A DNA stretch of 60,697 bases, filler included, from 3 parts of 3 records of this genome joined end to end with filler, not necessarily neighbours in it, one strand, 5' to 3'. Positions 27,277-36,633 are shown, counted from the first letter of the whole stretch. The notes: generated from the sequence alone by a model not told the origin. A program made the numbers and translations.

Positions 27277-27383
27277 CACTCGCAAAACACAAAGCTCGGT
27301 ATCGACTGAAACATGCTTTAAGCGATGCGCAAACGGTTTAGATGCACATTTCGTAAGAATGGTGCAGTAAAGACCTAAAAAAT

Positions 27384-27429
27384 GGCCTCGTGGCGCAATT
27401 GAATAGCGCACCTGATTACGGCTCAGGAG
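27384..27429 (+). tRNA. tRNA-Arg(ACG), 3'-truncated by the contig end
   Basis: GGCCTCG TG GCGC AATTGAATA GCGC A CCTGA TT-ACG-GC TCAGG: acceptor 5' strand, D arm and anticodon arm are intact. Confidence 0.92.
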
Positions 27430-27529
27430 NNNNNNNNNNNNNNNNNNNNNNNNNNNNNNNNNNNNNNNNNNNNTTAATTAATTAANNNNNNNNNNNNNNN
27501 NNNNNNNNNNNNNNNNNNNNNNNNNNNNN
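27430..27529. other. Artificial contig linker
   Basis: 44 N + TTAATTAATTAA (27474-27485, stops in all six frames) + 44 N. Genes are truncated on both sides. Confidence 0.99.
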
Positions 27530-27530
27530 T

Positions 27531-28757
27531 CATTTTCATGCAGATTTTGTGAGTGGTCATGTTACGCTTTCAGAGCAAACTGGAGCACCTATAATATATG
27601 GGCCAAAAGCTAATCCTACTTTTAAAGCTACAATTGCAGAAGACAATCAAGTGTTTAAACTTGGCGATGTTACAATTACAGCACTACATACGCCAGGCCA
27701 TACTATGGAGAGTACTACCTATTTATTAAAAGATGAAAACGGTAAGGATCATGCAATTTTTAGTGGCGATACACTTTTTTTAGGTGATGTGGGCCGTCCA
27801 GATCTTGCTCAGAAATCTAATGAAGTTACTCAAGAAGACCTTGCAGGTATTTTGTTTGACAGCCTTCGGAATAAAATAATGGTTTTAGACGATGATGTTG
27901 TTGTATATCCAGCACACGGTGCAGGTTCAGCCTGTGGAAAAAACATGATGAAAGAAACGGTAGATACATTGGGCAACCAAAAACAAATGAATTATGCGTT
28001 ACGAGCAGATATGACTCGTGAAGAATTTATAAAGGAAGTTACAGATGGTTTGGCACCTCCGCCTTCCTATTTTCCTATGAATGTGAAAATGAATCGTGAG
28101 GGCTACACGAATTTTGATGAAGTTATTGCTGAAGGAACAAAACCATTAGATCCAGAGATTTTTGAAAAAATTGCGAATGAAACAGGCGCAATCGTTTTGG
28201 ATGTTCGTCACCAGTCAGAATATATAGAAAGCCATATTCCTCGTTCTATTTTTATAGGTTTGGACGGAGGTTTTGCACCTTGGGTTGGCGCTTTATTGGC
28301 AGATGTATCCCAAAAAATTCTTTTGGTGGTTTCACCTGGTCGCGAAGAAGAAGCAGTTACACGTTTATCTAGAGTGGGCTTCGACAAAACCCTTGGTTAT
28401 TTAAATGGTGGAATTGATGCCTGGAAAAATAGTGGAAGAGAAATTGACACGCTAGAATCTGTTAATGCAGAGGTTTTAAAAGCAGAATTGGAGCAACATG
28501 TTCCTGTTTTTGATGTTCGTAATGATGGCGAATTTTCTAATGGTCATCTTTCTGACGCAGTACATACACCACTTGGTTTTTTAAATGATTATTTGAATGA
28601 ATTTCCAAGTGATGAAAAATTTTACATCCACTGTGCTGGGGGGTATCGTTCTGTTATCGCAGCTTCAATATTAAAAAGTCGTGGAATCCATAATTTGGTA
28701 GATGTGGCAGGTGGGTTTGCAGCAATTAAAAATGCTGGTATTCCTGTTGTAGCATAG
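27531..28757 (+). CDS. MBL-fold persulfide dioxygenase-rhodanese fusion (CstB/Blh-like), 5'-truncated
   Basis: The frame reads HFHADFVSGH from 27531. HTPGHT, SGDTLFLGDVGRPDL, PAHGAGSACGK and two rhodanese domains, the last with HCAGGYRS. Confidence 0.9.
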   Translation, partial: HFHADFVSGHVTLSEQTGAPIIYGPKANPTFKATIAEDNQVFKLGDVTITALHTPGHTMESTTYLLKDENGKDHAIFSGDTLFLGDVGRPDLAQKSNEVTQEDLAGILFDSLRNKIMVLDDDVVVYPAHGAGSACGKNMMKETVDTLGNQKQMNYALRADMTREEFIKEVTDGLAPPPSYFPMNVKMNREGYTNFDEVIAEGTKPLDPEIFEKIANETGAIVLDVRHQSEYIESHIPRSIFIGLDGGFAPWVGALLADVSQKILLVVSPGREEEAVTRLSRVGFDKTLGYLNGGIDAWKNSGREIDTLESVNAEVLKAELEQHVPVFDVRNDGEFSNGHLSDAVHTPLGFLNDYLNEFPSDEKFYIHCAGGYRSVIAASILKSRGIHNLVDVAGGFAAIKNAGIPVVA

Positions 28758-28775
28758 TATATCTTTAATATTTAG

Positions 28776-28810
28776 AAAGCCCCAAAGCATAATGCTTTGG
28801 GGCTTTTTTT
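28776..28810 (+). terminator. Intrinsic terminator
   Basis: AAAGCCCCAAAGCAT-A-ATGCTTTGGGGCTTT hairpin followed by a T run. Confidence 0.85.
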
Positions 28811-28848
28811 GCCTTTTTCTTCTTCATATTATTCATTTCCTATTCTTC

Positions 28849-29322
28849 TTAGGCAAGATCTTCAAGTGTTTTTACTCTACTTAATGTATTGTGGATTTCA
28901 GAAGCTTGTCTTTGCACAACATCCGATATGTTTGGAGGGAAGTTTTCGTTTTTCAACTTCTTGCTGTATTCTTCCCAGCTTGCTTTTTCACCTCGGATAC
29001 ATTCTTCCAGAACAGCTTCATCTTCATTCCCTGATACAGCACTCTTTATATCTATCCAAGTGCGGTGAAGATCGCCTGTTAGACTTCCGCTTTCTTTTGG
29101 TTGTTCGTTAAGATTGCGAATGGTTTGGGATAGTTCATTTGTAAAACGGCTTCTTTGAGCTGCTTGTTGTTGTAGAAAAGTTTTTAACCTTGGGTTTTTA
29201 GCATCTTTCATAGCTTTAGAAAACCCTTTTTCAGCGTCATAATTTTTTTCTAAAAGCTCTTGAAGATTATTTACCAACTTATCATGGTTGTTCTCTTTTG
29301 CTTTTTCAATTGTAGTTTTCAT
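28849..29322 (-). CDS. PA2169 family (DUF2383) ferritin-like four-helix-bundle protein
   Basis: LQELLEKNYDAEKGF, GDLHRTWIDIK and AVLEECIRGEKASWEEY. Confidence 0.88.
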   Translation of the reverse strand: MKTTIEKAKENNHDKLVNNLQELLEKNYDAEKGFSKAMKDAKNPRLKTFLQQQAAQRSRFTNELSQTIRNLNEQPKESGSLTGDLHRTWIDIKSAVSGNEDEAVLEECIRGEKASWEEYSKKLKNENFPPNISDVVQRQASEIHNTLSRVKTLEDLA

Positions 29323-29509
29323 AGTTTATGTTTTTTTAATTTATATAAAGATACTGTTGATAATAGAGAAAGATTCTTATAGAACTCTTAATTAAGAAGG
29401 GTTTAACGGGAGTTGTTAATTTTTTTTCATTTTGAAGTCTGAAGTAATAAAATAATATTAAAGTCAATTTCTCACATTAACATATTGCTTAACTTTCAAT
29501 AAAAAAAAT

Positions 29510-30709
29510 ATGGATATACGTTCAAATGAACCCTTTTGGCTTATTAAAAATTCCCTTCCAGAAAGCTATCCGTCCATCCAAAAATCACTATCAACAGAGG
29601 TTTTAATTATTGGAGCTGGAATAACTGGAGCGTTAATGGCTTTTAAACTTATAGAAAGCGGGAAGAAAGTTATTTTGGTAGATCGTCGTGATGTTGCAAA
29701 TGGTAGCACAGCCGCGAGTACTTCTATGCTTCAATATGAAATTGATGTTCCATTGCATGAATTAATTAAGCAAGTGGGGTTAACATGTGCAGTTTCTAGC
29801 TATCAAAATTGTGAAAAAGCAATTAAAGACTTAAAAAGTATTTGTGATAAAGTGAAAAGCAACTGTGGATTTGTATTTAAAAAAAGTATCTATTTCACTT
29901 CAACAAAAAAGGATGTTTCTTTTCTTAAAAATGAATTTGAAGTAAGAAGCAAGCATGGTTTTGATGTAAAATGGTTAGCTAAAGAAGCTTTAGAAAAGCT
30001 TGGTTTAAAGGCGTTCGCAGCAATAGAATCTAAATCTGGCGCTGTTATGGATGTATATAAATTAACAAACGATATTCTAAAATACTGTAGTGAAAAAGGA
30101 TTGGAAATTTATGATCGCACCGAAATTAAAGAGGTGAAAACTAAAGATAATTGTATAATTGCAAGTACTCAAAATGATTTTACAATTAAAGCGATTGATG
30201 TAGTTCACTGCACCGGATATGAAAGTACTGAAACCATAAAAGAAGATATTGTATCCTTAAAAAGTACATTTGCATTGGCATCAGAAGCATATACTAAATT
30301 ACCAAATGCTTTTAAAAACAGAATCTATTGGAATACTGATTCTCCGTATTTATACTTCCGAAGTACTGAAGATGGACGAATTGTAATGGGTGGTGGTGAT
30401 CGTGATTTTAAAAATGCCACGCGAAGGGACTCACTTCTTCCAAAGAAAGAAAAGGAATTACAGAAGAGTTTTAAAAAATGCTTTCCAAATATCCCATTTA
30501 TAGTTGATTATTCTTGGGCGGGTACTTTTGGAGAAACAAAGGATGGATTGCCATATTTTGGTAAGCCAAACCCTGATGTTAGGGAGCATTACATACTTGG
30601 TTTTGGGGGTAACGGTATTACTTTCAGTGTAATGGGGATGGAGGCGCTGTTAAGCTCAATTGACGATAATCCCCATCCTTTTTTAGAATATTATAAATTT
30701 AATAGATAA
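29510..30709 (+). CDS. FAD-dependent oxidoreductase (DAO/PuuB-like)
   Basis: IIGAGITGA, GSTAASTSMLQYEID, WAGTFGETKDGLPY and GFGGNGITFS. Confidence 0.9.
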   Translation: MDIRSNEPFWLIKNSLPESYPSIQKSLSTEVLIIGAGITGALMAFKLIESGKKVILVDRRDVANGSTAASTSMLQYEIDVPLHELIKQVGLTCAVSSYQNCEKAIKDLKSICDKVKSNCGFVFKKSIYFTSTKKDVSFLKNEFEVRSKHGFDVKWLAKEALEKLGLKAFAAIESKSGAVMDVYKLTNDILKYCSEKGLEIYDRTEIKEVKTKDNCIIASTQNDFTIKAIDVVHCTGYESTETIKEDIVSLKSTFALASEAYTKLPNAFKNRIYWNTDSPYLYFRSTEDGRIVMGGGDRDFKNATRRDSLLPKKEKELQKSFKKCFPNIPFIVDYSWAGTFGETKDGLPYFGKPNPDVREHYILGFGGNGITFSVMGMEALLSSIDDNPHPFLEYYKFNR

Positions 30710-30732
30710 ACTATAATTGTAAATTTAAAACT

Positions 30733-31254
30733 ATGGAAAAACTATTTGAAGCATCACCTAATTCTTTAATTTTAATAGCACTCTCGATCATAGGAATTTA
30801 TATAGCAACTATACTTTTTACACGATTTGCAGGCAAACGAAGTTTTTCTAAAATGAGCAGTTTTGATTTTGCAATGACTGTAGCTATTGGTTCCATTGTT
30901 GCTTCTACAGCCTTAACACAATCCATTAGTTTGTTGCAAGGAGTTGTGGGATTGGCGCTTGTATATATACTTCAAATATCGATAGCTATGTTAAGAAGGT
31001 ATGATTTCGTTCAAAAATTGGTAGATAATACACCCATGCTTTTAATGGATGGTGAAAAAATTCTTTATCAAAATCTTAAAAAAGCACGCGTTGCTGAAAC
31101 AGATTTACGATCTAAACTTCGTGAAGCAAATGTTTTAGAACTTTCAGAAGTACGTGCAGTAATATTTGAAACTACTGGCGATATCAGCGTACTTCATACT
31201 AAAGACACTTCTGTTGAGGTTGATAACTGGCTGTTAAAAGATGTAACACAATAA
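30733..31254 (+). CDS. DUF421 (YetF-like) membrane protein
   Basis: GKRSFSKMSSFDF, PMLLMDGEKI and AVIFETTGDISV. Confidence 0.9.
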   Translation: MEKLFEASPNSLILIALSIIGIYIATILFTRFAGKRSFSKMSSFDFAMTVAIGSIVASTALTQSISLLQGVVGLALVYILQISIAMLRRYDFVQKLVDNTPMLLMDGEKILYQNLKKARVAETDLRSKLREANVLELSEVRAVIFETTGDISVLHTKDTSVEVDNWLLKDVTQ

Positions 31255-31274
31255 AAAAAAGCCTTAAACATGAA

Positions 31275-31655
31275 CTAATCTTTTGTTGTTGATAATACTT
31301 CAAGTTGTCTAAATTTCACAATTTTTTCTATTAACGTCCAAGGCATTTCTTCATTTAAAGGAAATTGAATAGAACCTTTGCCTGTTTTATATATAGAAAG
31401 GTCTTCTTTAAAAGCGGTGTTTCCAGAAGGTAGCGCATAAAATCCTATATGGTTTTTATAGCCGCCAAAATAAACTAAAGGCTTTCCATTTAGCTTAAAT
31501 GCAGGCATTCCATAGCTTATATTTTCTTTAGCGTTGGGAACTGATTCTTTAATTATAGCTCGAAATTTATTGAGTATTACTTGGGTTTCAAAAGGAAATT
31601 GAGCAATATACTCATCAGGAGTATTAGGTGTTTTTGTTTCAATTTTATTTGTCAT
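31275..31655 (-). CDS. DUF1801 (YdhG-like) protein
   Basis: DEYIAQFP, ENISYGMPAF, KNHIGFY and GKGSIQFP. Confidence 0.9.
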   Translation of the reverse strand: MTNKIETKTPNTPDEYIAQFPFETQVILNKFRAIIKESVPNAKENISYGMPAFKLNGKPLVYFGGYKNHIGFYALPSGNTAFKEDLSIYKTGKGSIQFPLNEEMPWTLIEKIVKFRQLEVLSTTKD

Positions 31656-31704
31656 TACTATTTACTTTCTGAGTAATTAAATTAAGAAGAAATAACGTTT
31701 TTCA

Positions 31705-32262
31705 TTAAAGATGCTTTAGGATTTTTTTTGCCCTAGCTTTATATCCAGCACTTTGGCGGTGAATATTTTCTTGTAAAATAACTTTTAATTCTGGGTGAAT
31801 CCATTCAATTTCATTTCCTAAATAATAAAGGGATAACATAGCATGTGCTTGGCAAGCTACTTTTTTATTGGTAATTAACCAATCAAAAGAACATTCTGTC
31901 ATGATGTTTTTGTGACTTTCTTTTAAAGAGTTTATAACCAAAGTTTCTTTGTTTTTGTAACACCGAATAGTCAATAGCTCACATATTTTTGCCAAAGAAC
32001 GCAATGCAGATTCATGCGTTACTCTTGGAAGATTTTCAAAAAAATAATCAAGATGCGGAAGTAATAATTGAATCTTATCAATGCATACAAACTCCAAAAC
32101 CCAAGCCGCTTTAAAATTTATATCGCCGTCGTTTTTAAAACAAAATTCAAGTAGCTCGGGTAAACATTTTGGATTAGAAAGCACCCAATGCGCAGCTTCC
32201 AAACGGTTTTTTCGGTAAGCTTTTAGGTAGTTTAGTTTTTCAAATAAATTTTCCGGAGCCAT
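31705..32262 (-). CDS. Conserved Flavobacteriaceae helical-repeat hypothetical protein
   Basis: All-alpha protein with KAAWVLEF, FDWLI..KKVACQAHAM and SAGYKARAKKIL; starts right after the cobB stop. Confidence 0.75.
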   Translation of the reverse strand: MAPENLFEKLNYLKAYRKNRLEAAHWVLSNPKCLPELLEFCFKNDGDINFKAAWVLEFVCIDKIQLLLPHLDYFFENLPRVTHESALRSLAKICELLTIRCYKNKETLVINSLKESHKNIMTECSFDWLITNKKVACQAHAMLSLYYLGNEIEWIHPELKVILQENIHRQSAGYKARAKKILKHL

Positions 32263-32263
32263 T

Positions 32264-32944
32264 TTACTCAATTTCAGCTATCAATTTTACAACTTTTGGA
32301 ACCCCAGTTGAAGCATTTTCAGGAAAAACAGTGATTCTTTTGGTTTCTGATATAGATGGTTTTGGGTCTACAAAATAAATAGGTGTATTCTCTTTTGAAT
32401 ATTGCACCAAGCCAGCCGCAGGATATACTTGCATGGAAGTTCCCACAATGATAATACTATCTGCTTGTGCCACAATTTCAGCAGCTTTTTCAATCATAGG
32501 TACCATTTCACCAAACCAAACAATATGTGGACGAAGCTGATGGTTGTTTTCACAGCAATCGCCTATGTTTAAATCTTTACTCCAATCTAAGACCAAATCT
32601 TCATTAAAGGTGCTCCGCACTTTTAGTAATTCCCCGTGAAGATGGATAACGTTAGTGCTACCAGCGCGTTCATGCAAATCGTCTACATTTTGTGTAATAA
32701 TTGTTACATCGTGTGTTTTTTCAAGTGCTGCTAAAGATTTATGTGCTAAATTTGGTTGCACTGTTAAGAGTTGTTTTCTTCTTTGGTTGTAAAAATCCAG
32801 TACCAAAGCAGGATTGCGTTGAAAGCCTTCTGGAGAAGCAACTTCCATAACATCATGCCCTTCCCAAAGACCGTCGCTATCTCTAAAAGTATTTATGCCA
32901 CTTTCTGCGCTCACGCCAGCGCCTGTTAATACTGCGATTTTCAT
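32264..32944 (-). CDS. cobB: NAD-dependent protein deacylase (class III sirtuin)
   Basis: LTGAGVSAESG, TQNVDDLHERAG, HLHG, LRPHIVWFGE and GTSMQVYPAA. Confidence 0.95.
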   Translation of the reverse strand: MKIAVLTGAGVSAESGINTFRDSDGLWEGHDVMEVASPEGFQRNPALVLDFYNQRRKQLLTVQPNLAHKSLAALEKTHDVTIITQNVDDLHERAGSTNVIHLHGELLKVRSTFNEDLVLDWSKDLNIGDCCENNHQLRPHIVWFGEMVPMIEKAAEIVAQADSIIIVGTSMQVYPAAGLVQYSKENTPIYFVDPKPSISETKRITVFPENASTGVPKVVKLIAEIE

Positions 32945-33028
32945 TTTTATATTTTAAACATTGCACTGCTAACCGTTACTGCCAACTGCGTACTATTGAT
33001 TATCTTCGCTTAAAATTAAATATTTTCT

Positions 33029-33694
33029 TTGGATTTAGCATTGTTACAATACCTACAAACGTACCTGACGGAGCGTAGAAAAAACCTTTTTCAGAAAGTT
33101 CTTTCAGATAGAACACGTCATTTTACGGTGGTTACAGAAGATGTATATCAACTTCATAACACTAGTGCAGTAATGCGAACTTGCGATGTTTTTGGAATCC
33201 AGGATTTGCATGTGGTTGAAGAAAAGGTAAGCAAGCGGATTGATAAAGAAATTGCAATGGGCGCACAAAAATGGGTCGATTTTAAAAGATATAGTTCCAT
33301 AAAAGATTGTATTTCAAACTTAAAAAACTCAGGATATCAGATTATTGCGACTACGCCACACACCAATTCTACGATGTTGCATGATTTTGATGTTACCAAA
33401 AAAAGTGCTTTTTTCTTCGGAAAAGAAACCGATGGATTGAGTGATACAGTGATGAATGCAGCAGACGGATTTTTAAAAATCCCGATGTATGGTTTTACCG
33501 AAAGTTTAAATATTTCTGTTTCTGCGGCAATTATACTGCAAAGTGTGGTTTCACGAATGAAGCAAACAAATATTGATTGGCAACTTTCCGAAGCAGAAAA
33601 ATTTGAAATTGAAATGCAATGGCTTCAAAAAACCATTAAAGCTTCAGATGAAATTATTGAAAGATATATTGCTGAAAAAACAGCCAATAAATAA
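33029..33694 (+). CDS. trmH: TrmH/SpoU family RNA methyltransferase (probable tRNA Gm18)
   Basis: HNTSAVMRTCDVFG, FGKETDGLS and IPMYGFTESLNISVSAA. Confidence 0.88.
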   Translation: MDLALLQYLQTYLTERRKNLFQKVLSDRTRHFTVVTEDVYQLHNTSAVMRTCDVFGIQDLHVVEEKVSKRIDKEIAMGAQKWVDFKRYSSIKDCISNLKNSGYQIIATTPHTNSTMLHDFDVTKKSAFFFGKETDGLSDTVMNAADGFLKIPMYGFTESLNISVSAAIILQSVVSRMKQTNIDWQLSEAEKFEIEMQWLQKTIKASDEIIERYIAEKTANK

Positions 33695-33748
33695 ATTTTT
33701 AATACTCAATCCAACGAATTCTCAATATTAAATACTCAATTCTAAATT

Positions 33749-34321
33749 ATGAAACTCGTCTTCGCTACCCATAATAAAAATAAATTCACTGAAGTAAAAG
33801 CAATGCTTCCACACCATATAGAATTGTTGAGTTTGGATGATATTGGCTGCAATGATGATATTGAAGAAACTGGAGAAACCATTGAAGACAATGCTATTTT
33901 GAAGGCAAATTACGTGCGTGATACCTATAATTTAAACTGTTTTGCGGACGATACAGGTTTAGAAGTACAATCTTTAAACAACGAGCCGGGGGTTTATAGT
34001 GCGCGATATGCGGGTGCTTCTCACGATTCAAATGCAAATATTAAAAAATTACTTTCTAATTTAGAAAGTAAAGAAAATCGTTCTGCAAGATTTAAAACAG
34101 CTATTGCACTTTCATTGGACCACGAAGAAGTTATGTTTTTAGGTATTTGTGAAGGGGAAATAATTAACGAATTGCGTGGCGACTCAGGCTTTGGCTACGA
34201 TCCAATTTTTCAACCCAAAGGTTTCGATAAAACGTTTGCAGAAATGACACTTCAGCAAAAAAGTGAAATAGGCCATCGTGGAAAAGCAATGCGCAAGTTG
34301 ATCGATTATCTCTCTAAATAA
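33749..34321 (+). CDS. rdgB: Non-canonical purine NTP pyrophosphatase (RdgB/HAM1)
   Basis: FATHNKNK, FADDTGLEV, PGVYSARYAG, GFGYDPIF and HRGKA. Confidence 0.95.
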   Translation: MKLVFATHNKNKFTEVKAMLPHHIELLSLDDIGCNDDIEETGETIEDNAILKANYVRDTYNLNCFADDTGLEVQSLNNEPGVYSARYAGASHDSNANIKKLLSNLESKENRSARFKTAIALSLDHEEVMFLGICEGEIINELRGDSGFGYDPIFQPKGFDKTFAEMTLQQKSEIGHRGKAMRKLIDYLSK

Positions 34322-34507
34322 GTTGGCAGTATTCAGTTGCAGTTTATAGCTAAAGCTAACACGGATTATTGAGGCTTGTGTGGTTTCAAATTGCAGGTTT
34401 CCTTGGCGGTTTTCACTAATTACCAAAACTACTGACTGCCACTACAAACGGTAACTTTTTAAACATTTCACAAAAAACTGCCAACAACCGCTGCTAACTG
34501 AAAACTT
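34321..34507. repeat. Intergenic degenerate ACTGCCAAC-type repeats in inverted arrangement
   Basis: AGTTGGCAGT...CAGTTGCAGTTT at 34321-34345 faces ACTACTGACTGCCACT and AACTGCCAAC...CTGCTAACTG at about 34428-34500. A related copy (ACTGCTAACCGTTACTGCCAACTGC) lies at about 32965-32989. Confidence 0.6.
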
Positions 34508-34661
34508 TAGCTTACTTTTGCGCCCTTGAAAAAGCCATAGTTTATAACTTGGTTTTTTTAAGAAAAATCCTCAGGGTGAGGAGTGTTATAGTGAAGCTGT
34601 CCGTTTATTATATGTCCAGTAGCTTCCCATTAGCACACATATAAAAACTTTATTAAATAAA

Positions 34662-36506
34662 ATGACAGCATTTAAAGCACTCGGCTTAGAAGAAAATCTT
34701 CTTAAAGCCATCGCCGATATGGGTTTTGAAACTCCTTCGGAAGTACAAGAAAAAGCAATTCCAATTCTTTTAGAGCGTGAAACCGATATGGTTTCCTTAG
34801 CACAGACAGGAACAGGAAAAACCGCAGCATTTGGTTTTCCAATGTTGCAAAAAATAGACGTAAACAGTCGCACAACTCAAGGACTTATTCTTTCTCCAAC
34901 GCGCGAACTTTGTCTTCAAATTACAAACGAAATGATAAGCTACGGTAAATACATGCCAGGGCTTAATGTTACTGCTATTTATGGTGGTGCAAGTATTACA
35001 GATCAAGCGCGCCAAATTAAAAAAGGCTCGCAGATTATAGTTGCTACACCTGGGCGAATGAAGGATATGATTGGCCGTGGGTTGGTAGATATTTCTAAAA
35101 TTGAATATTGCGTTTTAGATGAAGCCGATGAAATGCTTAACATGGGCTTTTATGAAGATATCACTGAAATTCTTTCACATTCTCCAAAAGACAAGAGCAC
35201 GTGGCTATTTAGCGCTACAATGCCGAAAGAGGTTTCTACGATAGCTAAAAAGTTTATGCACACACCGGTAGAAATTACTGTGGGTACAAAAAACGTGGGT
35301 TCAGACCAAGTTACGCATGAATATTATTTAGTTAACGCACGCGATCGTTACAATGCCTTAAAGCGTTTGGCAGATGCAAATCCAAATATTTTCTCAGTAA
35401 TTTTCTGTAGAACAAAACGTGATACCCAGAAAGTTGCCGAACAACTTATTGAAGATGGGTATAATGCAGCGGCAATTCACGGAGATTTAAGTCAAAACCA
35501 ACGAGATTTGGTAATGAAATCTTTCCGTGCACGCCAAATACAAATGCTAGTTGCAACAGATGTTGCGGCTCGTGGAATTGATGTAGACGATATTACGCAC
35601 GTTATAAATTACCAATTACCAGACGAAATTGAAACCTACACACACCGAAGCGGACGTACAGGACGTGCTGGTAAAACTGGGGTTTCAATAGTTATTGTTT
35701 CTAAAAGTGAAGTTAGAAAGATAAGAAGCATTGAAAAAATTATTCAAAAGCAATTCGTTGCAAAAGAAATTCCTTCGGGAATGGAAATTTGTGAAGTACA
35801 AATGTTTCACTTAGCAAATAATATAAAAGATACACCGATAAACCACGAAATTGACGCGTATCTTCCAAATATCAATGAAGTTTTAGAAGGTTTCACAAAA
35901 GAGGAACTTATTAAAAAAGTATTTTCAGTTGAATTTACACGCTTCTTAAATTACTATAAAAATAGTAAAGACCTTAATGTTTCTGGAGAACGTAATTTTT
36001 CAGAAGAAGATTCAAAAGATAGTACGCGTTATTTTGTGAACATTGGTAATAAGGACGATTTCGATTGGATGAGTTTAAAAGATTTCCTTCGTGATTTACT
36101 TCAATTAGGAAAAGATGATGTTTACAAAGTAGATGTAAAAGATAGTTTTTCATTCTTTAATACAGATACTACCCACCAAGAATTGGTGATGGGCATTTTT
36201 AAAGATTTTAAGCTTGACGGCAGACAAATTAATATTGAAATTTCTAAAGACACTGGCCGTAAAAGTAGAGGCGGCGGTGGCGGCGGACGCGATCGTGGTA
36301 AAAGAAGAGGTGATAGAAGTGATCGTGGAGGCTTTAAAGGAGATCGTGGGGATCGCGGAGATCGCGGTGACCGAAAAGGTGGTTTTAAAAAACGCAGCAG
36401 TAGTTCAACTGGTGGAGACAAACCCGCTTTTAAAGGTAAAAGCCGAAGAAGTAGCGACCGTCCAGACACAAAAGGAACTGGTGGAAGACGTAGAAGAAGG
36501 GATTAA
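34662..36506 (+). CDS. DEAD-box RNA helicase (DeaD/CsdA-like) with DbpA-type RNA-binding domain and Gly/Asp/Arg-rich tail
   Basis: Q motif, AQTGTGKT, PTREL, DEAD, SAT and HRSGRTGRAG; tail with GDRGDRGDRGDR. Confidence 0.95.
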   Translation: MTAFKALGLEENLLKAIADMGFETPSEVQEKAIPILLERETDMVSLAQTGTGKTAAFGFPMLQKIDVNSRTTQGLILSPTRELCLQITNEMISYGKYMPGLNVTAIYGGASITDQARQIKKGSQIIVATPGRMKDMIGRGLVDISKIEYCVLDEADEMLNMGFYEDITEILSHSPKDKSTWLFSATMPKEVSTIAKKFMHTPVEITVGTKNVGSDQVTHEYYLVNARDRYNALKRLADANPNIFSVIFCRTKRDTQKVAEQLIEDGYNAAAIHGDLSQNQRDLVMKSFRARQIQMLVATDVAARGIDVDDITHVINYQLPDEIETYTHRSGRTGRAGKTGVSIVIVSKSEVRKIRSIEKIIQKQFVAKEIPSGMEICEVQMFHLANNIKDTPINHEIDAYLPNINEVLEGFTKEELIKKVFSVEFTRFLNYYKNSKDLNVSGERNFSEEDSKDSTRYFVNIGNKDDFDWMSLKDFLRDLLQLGKDDVYKVDVKDSFSFFNTDTTHQELVMGIFKDFKLDGRQINIEISKDTGRKSRGGGGGGRDRGKRRGDRSDRGGFKGDRGDRGDRGDRKGGFKKRSSSSTGGDKPAFKGKSRRSSDRPDTKGTGGRRRRRD

Positions 36507-36593
36507 CTTTTTTAGTTAGAAGTGCTTTTGTTTAAAGAAAATGAATACTCCTTTTAAACTTTAGCATCACTTTAACGTCTATATAATTATATT

Positions 36594-36627
36594 TACGGGC
36601 CTTTAGTAAAGAGGCCCGTATTTTTTT
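36594..36627 (+). terminator. Intrinsic terminator downstream of the helicase
   Basis: TACGGGCCT-loop-AGGCCCGTA followed by T7. Confidence 0.75.
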
Positions 36628-36633
36628 AAGCAT

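Noticed and set aside
27474..27485. TTAATTAATTAA palindrome
   Set aside because: Synthetic six-frame stop spacer, repeated identically at 49866-49877; not biological.
32264..32944. Sirtuin as a possible anti-phage (Thoeris/DSR) effector
   Set aside because: Short canonical CobB deacylase in a housekeeping context, with no TIR, HerA or pAgo partner.
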